Source of the DNA: Eledone cirrhosa
Lineage: Eukaryota
Assembly: GCA_964016885.1 (NCBI GenBank)
Contig: OZ024740.1
Location: forward strand, 291,524,001 to 291,588,000
Direction: 5' to 3'
Length of the DNA: 64,000 bases
Numbering within the stretch: position 1 is the stretch's first letter; every line of letters begins with the position of its first letter. The notes under the pieces were generated by a model. The model had not been told where the DNA came from, made no database searches, and worked only from the letters and a program-made list of their open reading frames with translations. This document shows positions 53,196-64,000 of this stretch, one piece after another. The translations under genes were made by a program, and so were the position numbers.

Positions 53196-55059
53196 CTAGA
53201 GGAAAGCCGTTGAGAACACGCCCGAAGAATGAAAGAATTTGGTTTAAAAAAAAAAAAATCTAACTCACTTATATGACTACTTGATAGTAAGTAGTGTGAT
53301 AATAAGAGTTTATGCAATAAATACCGGTCAGAGAGAGAGAGAGAAGGGAACTAAATTCACTACATTGATATGTAATATGTACGTAGATTATATATGCGAG
53401 AATATTTCACTTTTTTTTTTCTCTATTAAAAGGAAACCTAAAGAATAAGAACTCTTTATCTACCAGATATCATACACATACATATATACTCATAAAATGC
53501 CTGGCTTAAGCTATGGTGCTTTTTATTGTTTACGGCCATATACACATATATATATACATACACACACATATATATATATATACACACACACTCACATAAA
53601 ATGTCTGGCTTTAACTGTGAAGCTTCTTATGTGGAAACTGTAATAAATATGCAAGAGCAACACGTTCAATAATTGAAGCCGGTACTCTTAAATTGCTGAT
53701 GTAACAAAACTAACCCCTCTGTGCCTCACTCACTCTCTCTTTCCCATATTTTTAGGGAATGTAATGTTGGTCATTATATTATGTACATATTTAGGAGACA
53801 TTTGTGGCTGGTACAGAGAAATAAACTTAGTTCCAGAGCACTTGAAAGCATCAATATAATATAATTATAAAGATATATATAAACACGAGATAGACAGTTG
53901 CTGTGGTTTGGGGAGTTTTATTTAGAACAGAAGAAAACTAAAGTTACAGAAAATAAATAGGTTTTTGTTTTAATCACTATTTTCAAAAAATATGCCTTCA
54001 TTAAAAAAAATATTTTAACCTGATGGAAAATAGATGTGAAATTGTTTAAAATGTCAGTGGAATTCTGTGAACACCAAACTGGAAGGTTTAATTTAAAACA
54101 TTTCATGCAACTATTAGTTGCTTCCAAAATACACATCGTGCTAGATATTTCTGTTATTCGATACAACCATCATTTGTTGCTGGTGGAATTTTAAAATCAG
54201 GTCTAGGTATTTGGCCAAGAAATTGTTGGGGAAATCAAACTAGAAACGAACTCTTAAGTGAAATAAAATTTGATGGCTATACTAGAAGAAAATGGCTGAA
54301 AATATTTTTAATTATGGCATGGATCAAAGTATTGTCACATTTTCCCCAACTATCAATGGATAGGTGAAAATAAATATATAAATATATATATCGTACAAGT
54401 ATTTATTTCAACTAACTATTAAATATATTTGCTAAGTAACGTCATTGAATTAAAGACAACGTTAAAATTACACGTGGATTGTCATCCACAATATACACAA
54501 ATAGTTGAAAAATTTATACAGGGAAAACAACCAAATAGTTAAATTCACACAGAAACTTTCAGTTCAAAATATTTTATTTATCTTAGGAAGAAAATAGACA
54601 ATCAGTAGTCATTTATAACTGAATTCTTATTTCAGTGCTACATTTCTTATGATCAGTGTATATGTCATTATTAACTGAAGCGGTTCAGTGAACTATATAT
54701 AAAATGCCAAATAAGCTCAACAAAATCCCTTCTATTAGTTTTAGCTAGTGTTGTATATATAAATATATAATATGTGTCTGTTTGCTGGGGAAGAAAATAT
54801 CTTCCAACAGACGAACATTCAATCCAATGTTTCCATGCACGCGTAAAGAAAAGCCCAGTAAATTATACATTTCACCTACCTTGCTCGGCAACCAAATTCC
54901 AAATGATTTGCACCTATTTGTATTCCTTAATTGAGCTGTTAAGCAAAACGAGAGACGTTCATGTACCTTTAACTTTAAACGAATCGAATTTATAATTAGT
55001 TAAAGTAAAAAAAAAGCTGCCTAATTCTCCACTTGAAAGCTCCGTTATCACCTCATTAT

Positions 55060-55378
55060 TTAAAACCTATCCGCGTGATGACGGCTATGACCTTCAATGG
55101 AAACCTTGCGCCGAAAATGGCGACATAATATAGTTCAAACATACCAACGATGCATACAAGAAAGTATGCAAACATATAAATATTTGATTATCGCATACTA
55201 GTAATTCACAGCTTCATCTTATTTTGAATGTATTTCTACGTTGTAATTATAGCCATAGCTATGATTTCTCTGCCGTCAGTTATCTCCGGAAGTTGGGGCG
55301 GATTAATACAGTTTTAGTTTGAAGTGGCACGAGAGAAGTCAGGTTTAGAAAAGCTGAATTTACCAACAATGATTGTTG
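55060..55378. promoter_or_regulatory. Housekeeping-type, possibly bidirectional promoter with candidate plus-strand first exon
   Basis: CpG-retaining island with YY1-like AAAATGGCG (55114-55122), ETS CCGGAAGT (55286-55293), GC box GGGGCGG (55295-55301), then acaATGATTGTTG|gtaag (55369-55378). Confidence 0.55.
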
Positions 55379-56984
55379 GTAAGACATTAAATAAGTAACA
55401 GAGAGAATATATTGCCTACAGATAGATTCTATAGAGATTAGAGGAACGAAGGAAATTGATTACAACTTAACCGGTCTAAAAAGATAATTTATTTAAACGT
55501 GTATATAAAATTTGAAAAAAAATGTCTATTAAAGTTTCAGTCTAAACTTTAATAAAATAAATATATATAAAGTTAAGAAAAAGTATTCTAAACGCTAGAA
55601 AATATTTTCCTATAAATAATTATGAAATAAAGGGAGTTTCTACTGAGTAAATAAATATGCGGCTTGCTGCTATGTGGCCTGATGCTGACACATCAGTCAT
55701 TGTGTAACCGGTTGCATGTAAAGGCGTCGCCAATGACTCAAACTTACTTTTTATTAAACTCACCCAACAAGAAACATTCAAAGGAATTTATTAAGTGTCG
55801 AGTGATTTTCTCAACAGCACTTGTCGATATTTTACAGTAGCAGCTATAAAACATTTCTTGGCTAATTATTACTTAATTTCCAGGAATAAAATGCTTATAA
55901 CTCAAAATATCTATTTTTATTTGAATTATTTAATATTCTTATTTACATCATATTCAGTTATTGAAACTAGTTGATTATTTTTCACGATATTCGGTAAAAA
56001 TGTATTTCTGTTAAGATAAATGATAAATATATATAAACGAAAAGGTACAGTAATATTTCTTAGTTTTAATTGAAGTAAACAGTAGTTTCATAAGAACTTG
56101 GTTAGTATTAATAATTAGTGTAATACGTTAATTTACTGACAGGAACACCTTGCTTTCCATTATTACGGTGACTCCCACCAACGTTTGTTGGTCACATACT
56201 GTCTTAAGTTGAATTTTACCATAGAATTACTCTTTCTATCGTGTTTCTAAAGACTTTTTAATTTTTATAAAGGTAATTTATTTGAAATTTGTCCACAATT
56301 TTAACAACAGAATGCGATATATTTATAGCTGCATAAGTTTAAAGGATAGTAAGAGTAGACAACAACAAAATAGACTGCAATTTCACTCTCTCCCACACCT
56401 CTTTCTCCTATGAGCTGGCAAACACATACACAGAACAATGAACAGTAGCAAGCTAACTAGAGAGAGAGAGGGGAATATATAACTGCCAGCAGACACATGT
56501 AGTTAGAATATTTTTGCTCCAAAGAACTTGATTTAATATAATGGATATGTAGGTAATGACAACAGTACAGCACAAAAATATTACAGTATTTTGTTTCATA
56601 TCTCTTTATTCCAAATTTAAAACCTGCGGAGGCAACTCTTATCTTTCATTCTGTCTGAGCACACAACTATCATTTCTACTTTCAAAATTGGTTTTGGGCT
56701 TAAGAAAGAAATTATTAAGGGAATGAATAAATGACTGCACTGGCAGTTTTACATATAATATATATGCAAGAAAAATGGGCATAGGATTATATATATAGAG
56801 AGAGAGAGAGTCTGCAGTGTTGAAACCGAGGAGACCACTAATCATGTGAGTACTCGATACATGGGGAGATGCTTGGCGCTACAGTTGGGATTTTACACAT
56901 CTATATCTATCTATATATATAGATAAATAGATATGCTTGCATGAGTATGTATATAAATATATATGTGTGTGTATATAAGCACAG

Positions 56985-57420
56985 CTGATTAGGGACCGAG
57001 TTAACCTGAATGAGATGTAGTTTGGATTTGTGCCAGGTAAAAGTACCACTGATGCTTTCTTTCTTATTAGACAACTACGGAAGTATCTAACTAAAAGTAA
57101 GCTGTTTTATTTGGCATTTGTTGATCTGGAGAAAGCTTTTGACAGAGTCCCTCATTCCATTATCTGGTGAGCTCTTAGAAAACTAAGAGTGGTTTGTGAA
57201 GACAGTACAAGCCATGTATAGAGGAATTAACAATAACTATAGTGAAAAATTTAATGTGCAGATAGGAATCAATCAAGGCTCTGTTCTTAGAACTCTCCTG
57301 TTTATTATCCTGCAGGCTCTAATAAAAGAGTTTAAGATTGGCTGCCCATGGGGACTTCTGTATAGAGATGATCTAACCCTTATAGCTGAATCTATGGCAG
57401 AATTAGAGAAGAAATTCCAA
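56985..57420 (+). mobile_element. RTE LINE RT-domain fragment
   Basis: FGFVPGKSTTDAF, LAFVDLEKAFDRVP, QGSVL, GCPWGLLYRDDL with stops and frameshifts. Confidence 0.88.
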
Positions 57421-58076
57421 CCTTACAGTTGTAAACTACAGCTGCAGTTTACAACTATGTTCAAATGACTGAGACAGCAGTCAAATTAGTCACTGGATTT
57501 AACACCAACACTTGGTTCTTTTAGCAGAGTCCTCTCTGTTACAAGCATTCAAATTAGGTCTCCAGTCTGAAGATAACTCTTCTTTCTTAACTCCATATCT
57601 ACCAGTCTCCAAGGCTCTGCAAAAGGACATTGGCTAAGCCAGTGCTTTCTAAATTATGTTTGCAGCACACACTGATGTATTGCAAGCAGAGCCTGCACTA
57701 CCATTCAGTCAACTACATAACCACCTAGGGTGTAGACCTCAGGCGTACTACTGAAACTTAACAGATTACAGGTTTATGCTGGCTTGGTATCAAAAAAAGC
57801 AAAAAGAATAATAAGATTGCAGTAATAGATATTACTATTATAATCATTTTATATATCCATTTCGAAGTTGGCTGGAGTTGTCACAGTCCAAGACAAGGTG
57901 TGGCTGAATAATCTTGTCTTGGTCATATGTTCCATATTTTGGCATAGTTTCTATAGCTGGATTCCCTTCCTGAAGCTCATGGATGTTATCTAACCATCTT
58001 GCTTGGAATCTACACCTGGATCTCAACCTTTGTATTCCTAATGGTGAAGGTATGGGGGGGGGGGGTATCAGGGGGG

Positions 58077-58878
58077 GTGAAACGAAATGTTTGATAGCTG
58101 CTGTGAGATAGCATCCCCCTCACCAACTGACTGCCTTCCTTCCCCACATAAACTCCATCAGATCACAAACATATATAACTAAAACTGTCTCGTTCTAACA
58201 CTCAAGTGAATTCTTAGAGAAGAAAACATAACCGATTCATCATTATAATCATCATCATGAAGGTGCCTTGCTGTATTTACTGAAACTTTTCTTTTCATCA
58301 TTCCTGAGTCAATAAATTACCATGTCTAGACTTGCATAAGTGATTACATGTGTCATATTTGTACTTGCTGTTGATGTCCTTGTGCTTTTTGTAATGGACA
58401 ACAAAGACTGCAGTGAAGTACACAATACATGAAGTAAAGGTGAATATATTGCCTAGTGCATCTGAGAGGTCAGTGGCAATTAAGTACTGAATTGGTCTGT
58501 GATGACCCATTCAACACTTACTGGCAAGGAAAACAGACAGTCAATGGTGATGATGATGATAATGATTTCTAGCATAGGCACAAGGTCAGTGATTTGTTGA
58601 GAGGGGAAATTTGATTATATCGACCCCCAGCACTTTAATTTATTGACTCAGGAATGATGAAAAGAAAAGTTTCAGTAAATACAGCAAGGCACCTTCATGA
58701 TGATGATTATAATGATGAATCGGTTATGTTTTCTTCTCTAAGAATTCACTTGAGTGTTAGAACGAGACAGTTTTAGTTATATATGTTTGTGATCTGATGG
58801 AGTTTATGTGGGGAAGGAAGGTAGTCAGTTGGTGAGGGGGGTGCTATCTCACAGCAGCTATCAAACATTTTGTTTCAC
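58077..58878. repeat. 243-bp inverted duplication (58077-58319 / 58636-58878)
   Basis: The arms are reverse complements with about 3 mismatches by eye; spacer about 316 bp. Confidence 0.95.
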
Positions 58879-59395
58879 TTTACAAGAGGGTCTGTCAAAT
58901 TCAACTTCTTGTTAGTAACTTTTGTCAATTCTATTTTTACTTAGCTTTTACAAACTCTTACGATTTATATTTTACTCTTTGTTACTAACCACTTATATGT
59001 TTTTCTTAATGACAGGAGTGGAGCACTATCTCATCATATATATATATATATAATATTTAATACAATAACAGAGATAGCTTAACGCTAAACTCCGACTGGT
59101 AACCATCTCACTCAACAAACATTAGGTTATATGTTGGTATAACCCAATTTAAGTGTTTGGGGTGCTAACTATATGTATTTTGTGGAAAGCCAGTTGTATT
59201 ATTTTATGAGATATAATTAAAGTTAAAATATATCTCTCTTTCCAAACAATTGTTTCATTATAAGTTTTCTACAATTTGGGAGAATGTTTCCAGTTTATGT
59301 AGAAGCCTAACATATATTCATGTAAGAATATATTTAGGTGGGCACTTATAAATCTTCAGTGGAAGCCCATTAAACTTTGATATAAGAAAAAAATT

Positions 59396-59540
59396 CTTAC
59401 CGCAGTTAAAAATCGTGTCCGCTAAGCTGCTCCCTCACGCATCGAATGACCGCCAAATTTGAAATTCCAGCAGTCTTTTGACTGAGGAAGTTTCATAGCG
59501 CCACGAAGCGGGAAAGGGAGACAACCACGGTACACGAAAA
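59396..59540 (-). promoter_or_regulatory. Candidate promoter/non-coding first exon
   Basis: CpG-rich patch ending in a GCG|GTAAGA donor at 59400. Contains E2F-like CCGCCAAA (59450) and GCGGGAAA (59508), and CHR-like TTTGAA (59458). Confidence 0.4.
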
Positions 59541-59888
59541 GAGAAAAAAATAATATACACTCGGGTTAATTAGTTTTTTCAAAAACATAATCAATCCAAC
59601 GTGTTAAGAACTCAATTGAAATTAAAAAAATAAATGTATGCGTGTATTAATTACACACTCATATAAATATTTTCTTAGGCTAAAAACAGAGGTGATACCA
59701 AAACAACAAACCACATCACACCACCGCAGCAAATAGTGAAGGTTACGCTTTAAAGGCGATCGGGAATGTAAATCTCTGGCCAAATTAAGAGTAAAATATT
59801 TAATGCACGCGGGTTAGTTAGTTATTTAAAACTATTATCAATTCCACGTGTTAAGAACTCAATTAATTAAAAAAAAAATATATATATA

Positions 59889-61000
59889 TATGAATAAAAT
59901 TAGTCCTTCATCAGTGATCTTCCAACTTTCATTGGTATTTCATCGCTTTAAAAATCATATACCTCTAGTTGGCGCGAGCAATAACAAATAAAGTTATTGG
60001 GACAAGTAAAATTGGGTGAAACGAGCGAGACATGTAAACAAACAACGATGGTATGGCAACGGAAAGATAGGAAGAGACAAGCACATGAAATCTGTAAGCT
60101 TAAGCTTGGTGAATTCATGGGTGAGAGATACAGACCATCCGACATGGGTGAGATGTGAGCGAGAAAAGGATTTCACACAGGTCAAACGGGAGGAAGTGAG
60201 AGAGGGGGAGAAGCAGAGAGTGAGTGAGTGGAAGTATGAGGAAGAGACCAGCAGAGAGAGAGAGTGTGACTGGCAGAGGGGGGTAAAAAGAGGAGAGAGA
60301 GTAAGAAAAAAACAGACAATCGCAGCTGAGGGAAAAATATACTTGTCCCAATAACTTTATTTGTTATTGCTCGCGCCAACTAGAGGTATATGATTTTTAA
60401 AGCGACGAAATACCAATGAAAGTTGGAAGATCACTGATGAAGGACTAATTTTATTCATATATAACCCATGTGCAACCACGCAGCGCTCCATTTTTCTCAT
60501 ATTTATATTTTTTCCTCAGCTGCAATTGTCTGTTTCTTTCTTACTCTCTCTCCTCTTTTTACCCCCTCTGCCAGTCACACTCTCTCTCTGCTGGTCTCTT
60601 CCTCACACTTCCACTCACTCACTCTCTGCTTCTCCCCCTCTCTCACTTCCTCCCGTTTCACCTGTGTGAAATCCTTTTCTCGCTCACATCTCGCCCATAT
60701 CGGATGGTCTGTATCTCTCGCCCATGAATTCACCAAGCTTAAGCTTACAGATATCATGTGCTTGTCTCTTCCTATCTTTCCATTGCCATACCATCGTTGT
60801 TTGTTTACATGTCTCGCTCGTTTCACCCTATTTTACTTGTCCCAATAACTTTATTTGTTATTGCTCACGCCAACTAGAGGTATATGATTTTTAAAGCGAT
60901 GAAATACCAATGAAAGTTGGAAGATCACTGATGAAGGACTAATTTTATTCATATGTAACCCATGTGCAACCACGCAGCGCTCCATTTTTCTCATATTTAT
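59889..61000. repeat. Foldback structure A-B-A'-C-B'-A'-C
   Basis: A ~120 bp (59889-60008), B ~330 bp AG-rich, A' 60340-60462, C ~48 bp, B' 60507-60833, A' 60834-60957, C 60958-61000. Confidence 0.9.
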
Positions 61001-61019
61001 ATATATATATATATATATA

Positions 61020-61892
61020 CAGGGTGTGGACGATATTTATTTGCAATTTTCAACTGTTAATTTTATGCAAATTTTTTTTACTTCCATTGTCACTCTTGTC
61101 TTTATAAAAACAGTAACTATATTTCCATTATTTATTTTCAGAATAATTGATTATGAATAATTTTGAACCTCCAAATTTGTGGAAGAGACACGGAGTTCTT
61201 CTTGGAATCCGTGCCGGGAGGACAAATAAGGAAATTTCAGACTTTCTCAGCGTCAGCAGGAGAATGGTGGAAAAGGTCAGACGTACCCAGAGTCATGCAG
61301 ACAAAGTTTCCAGCGACAACATTGGTCTTAGGTGTCGTCAGCAGTCAAGGTGACGTCATGCCACCTCACTTCTTTCCTGAGGGCCTCAAGCTGAACACCA
61401 ATGGCTATATCCATGTTCTGAGTGAGGTAGTAAAGCTCTGGATCGACCAGGTAGCTGCAGGTAGGCCGTAGGTGTGGCAGCAAGACTCAGCGCCCTGCCA
61501 TACCAGCCGAAAGACCCAAGCCTGCCTGTCAGAGAACTTTGTTGACCACACTTCACCTGACATCTGGCCTCCTAGCTCGCCTGACTGCAACCCCCTCGAC
61601 TTCTTTGTGTGGGGCACAGTGGAACGAGACACCAACAGATCTAGCTACAATACGAAAGACGATCTGAAGGCCAGGATCACAAGTGCCTTTAGGGGCCTAA
61701 GTCGAAGGACAGCGACGAAGGTCGGTTCCGAGGCCGTCATCAAAGCCAATGGCGGGTTTATCGAGTGAGATCGAAAGAACAAGTCATGAAGACAAACTGA
61801 CCCAAGTTTGATAAATAAATCTTAAAAAATAAAACTACTGTGTTATTTTTTCCTAGACAGTAATCTTGCGAACAAATATCGTCTGCACCTTG
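61020..61892 (+). mobile_element. Tc1/mariner (maT, DD37D-type) internally deleted copy 2
   Basis: Same TIRs and TA flanks. WQQD-SAPCHT...WPPSSPDCNPL-D has 37 residues between the second and third catalytic Asp. Confidence 0.93.
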
Positions 61893-62539
61893 TATATATA
61901 TATATATCATCATCATCATCATCACTGTAAAAGTCCATTTCTCCATGCTAGCATGGGGTAGATGAGTTGCCTCATTGTGAGACAAGCCAGGTCCAATGAC
62001 CATGTCTTACTAATACAGAGCTGATTTTGGCTTGGTTTCACTGGCTGGATGCCCTTTCTAACACCAACCACATTTACAGTATGGACTGGGTGCTTTTTGT
62101 TATGACACCTACAGGACCACTTTACAGTGTGGGCTGGGTGCTTTTTGTTATGACACCTACAGGACCACTTTGCAATGTGGGCTGGGTGCTTTTACATAAA
62201 TAAGACCGTTATTGCTCTAACCCACTACTCACCATCAATAACGACCCTATACCTACATACACATACATTACATATCTATATTAGAACTAAGACATCCCCC
62301 TTAATCCCTATCTCAGACACCATCCATATTTCCCAGCCCCTAACTCACTCTAAATAGGAGTATGGGGGAGACAGACTTTCTCAAGCTGCAGCTGTCAAAT
62401 TATGCATTTTCTGTATAAGAATAGACATTAAACAATATCTATTATTGGCTGCAGCTACAACAACCCTAAAATAGATGTAAAAATACTACAACCCCAAAAT
62501 AGATGTAAAAATGATGATGATGACACAGAATTTGTGTCT

Positions 62540-62890
62540 TTTTAGTATTTCTTGTTTGTCATCTTCATTTCAACCACTTTCTTCAAATAGTTCTGCAACA
62601 CTCAAGATGATTTCACAGCAGAGCTTGGAATCTGTTAATTGTTTCATTCAGATTTTTAGGTTGATATTTGTCTTCTCAATACTCTGAGATTGTCTTTCTA
62701 ATGTCATAGAAGGCATCCATGTAGTTTTTTTACCAATATTGAGTTTGCTGTAAAGGATCTGGTAAGGAAGTTTCATTTTATTCATGTCCATCTGAGTCAA
62801 TGGTTAATGATAGTGGCTTTAATGCTGTTGGCACTGTTGGCTTCAGCTTTTTCAAAAACTACAATGCTGGAGACATAATCTTCCCATTTA
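62540..62890 (-). mobile_element. Highly decayed RTE C-terminal fragment
   Basis: Remnant LRWT and LPYQILYSKL motifs on the minus strand. Confidence 0.5.
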
Positions 62891-64000
62891 ATATTCCTCA
62901 TTGATTGAAGTTTTGTTTAACAAGTTTTTTATGGTTAGATGCCCTTTCTATCACCAACCACTTCATAGAGTGTACTGGGTGTTTTATATCCCCAATACTA
63001 GAGAGGTTATCATGTCCTTGAGACAATGGAAGGCTCCTAACTTCCTTTTGTTTGGTATGTTTTCAATGACTAGTTGCCCTTCCTATCATCAACTAACTTA
63101 CAAGATATACTGGGTGCATTTTTCTTGGCAGTGGCACTAGAGAGGTTGTTATGTCAAGACTGAAGGGTCGTCTCAGCCCATTTTTGGTATGGTTTCTATG
63201 ACTGGAAGCCATTCCTAATACCATTTTACAAGGAAGTTGTTGTTCATTGACTCAACTAAAAAGCCCTCTCTATGCTAAGGGATGGGGTAAGTATGATGTC
63301 ATGGATATATGATAAGCGTGGTGGGCTTTCATAGAGTGATGAGTGGGACTTCCTTACTGTTTCCATCTATCAAAATCCAAGGCTATACATTAAGAGACAT
63401 TTGCTCAAGGAGCCTGTGAATCTAAACCTGAAACCACATAGTTTATTTATTTTACCTATTTATCTCCCCCTCCCCCTCCCCTTCCTCCTCCTCCTCCCTC
63501 CTCCTCCTTTGCCCACTTATTTCTGAGAGGGTCGTGGAAGCAGAGTACTCAAACATTCCTTCCAGTGGATCCTATCAGAAACAACTGTCTCCAATTGATC
63601 CAGCTGGATCCCCAAGCGAGACTAGCAGAGCTCATATCCTGGATCTCCTGCCGGTTGGTTTTGCAAAACCAATTTATTTTCAATTTTTTATTTCATTTAG
63701 CTGTAAGAGGAAACTGAAAGGGCATCTGACCATAAAAGGAAACCACGAGGAATATGGCATCAGTCGCAGAGCCCGCAAAGTTATTCTTTGCTTAACCCTT
63801 TAGCTTTTAAACTGGCTACATCTGGCCAGAAACCTCTCACCTTTTTTCTGTTCAAACCAGCCATAACTGACCACTCATACTGATGTTAAGGTATTTTCTC
63901 AAAAGAAATAATATCAAAATCTGATAGATTCAATAATATGTGAGATATTATGTGACAGTGAGAACTGGAAGTTTCAATGTCATACAGTAACCAACAGTTT

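Noticed and set aside
56141-56272. Second exon for the plus-strand MIV start
   Set aside because: All three frames stop before the donor; no coding continuation found in the window.
59948-60848. Cluster of 63-126 aa ORFs on both strands
   Set aside because: They arise from the low-complexity AG-rich module duplicated in the foldback.

Overview
AT-rich, repeat-dense animal genomic DNA. A coleoid cephalopod (Octopus-like) source is inferred from the tRNA-derived CORE- and Meta-type SINEs, RTE LINE debris and (GAT)n tails. The only confidently recognisable host coding sequence is missing from the ORF track: the first coding exon of ARF6 on the minus strand (6065-6146, [27 protein letters not shown]). 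It is followed by a U12-type (minor spliceosome) GTATCCTTT donor, and I found no downstream ARF6 exon in the window. Most of 6.2-52 kb looks like upstream intron or 5' region. It contains candidate minus-strand microexons and a candidate two-exon, 100-aa signal-peptide plus transmembrane ORF of unknown family (21282-21412 joined to 17866-18037). CpG-retaining promoter-like islands lie at about 52.7-53.3 kb, 55.1-55.4 kb and 59.4-59.5 kb. Mobile DNA includes a non-autonomous Helitron, a young 5'-truncated Tx1/L1 LINE, two DD37D (maT) Tc1/mariner deletion derivatives, another decayed Tc1/mariner, three TTAA-flanked MITE families, hAT MITEs, and many RTE fragments and SINEs. Structural oddities include a 34-bp minisatellite apparently grown from a SINE A-box, a 243-bp near-perfect inverted duplication, a 1.1-kb foldback and a 70-bp palindrome. 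There is no CRISPR array or prokaryotic system. All calls were made by eye without database searches, and repeat boundaries are approximate.
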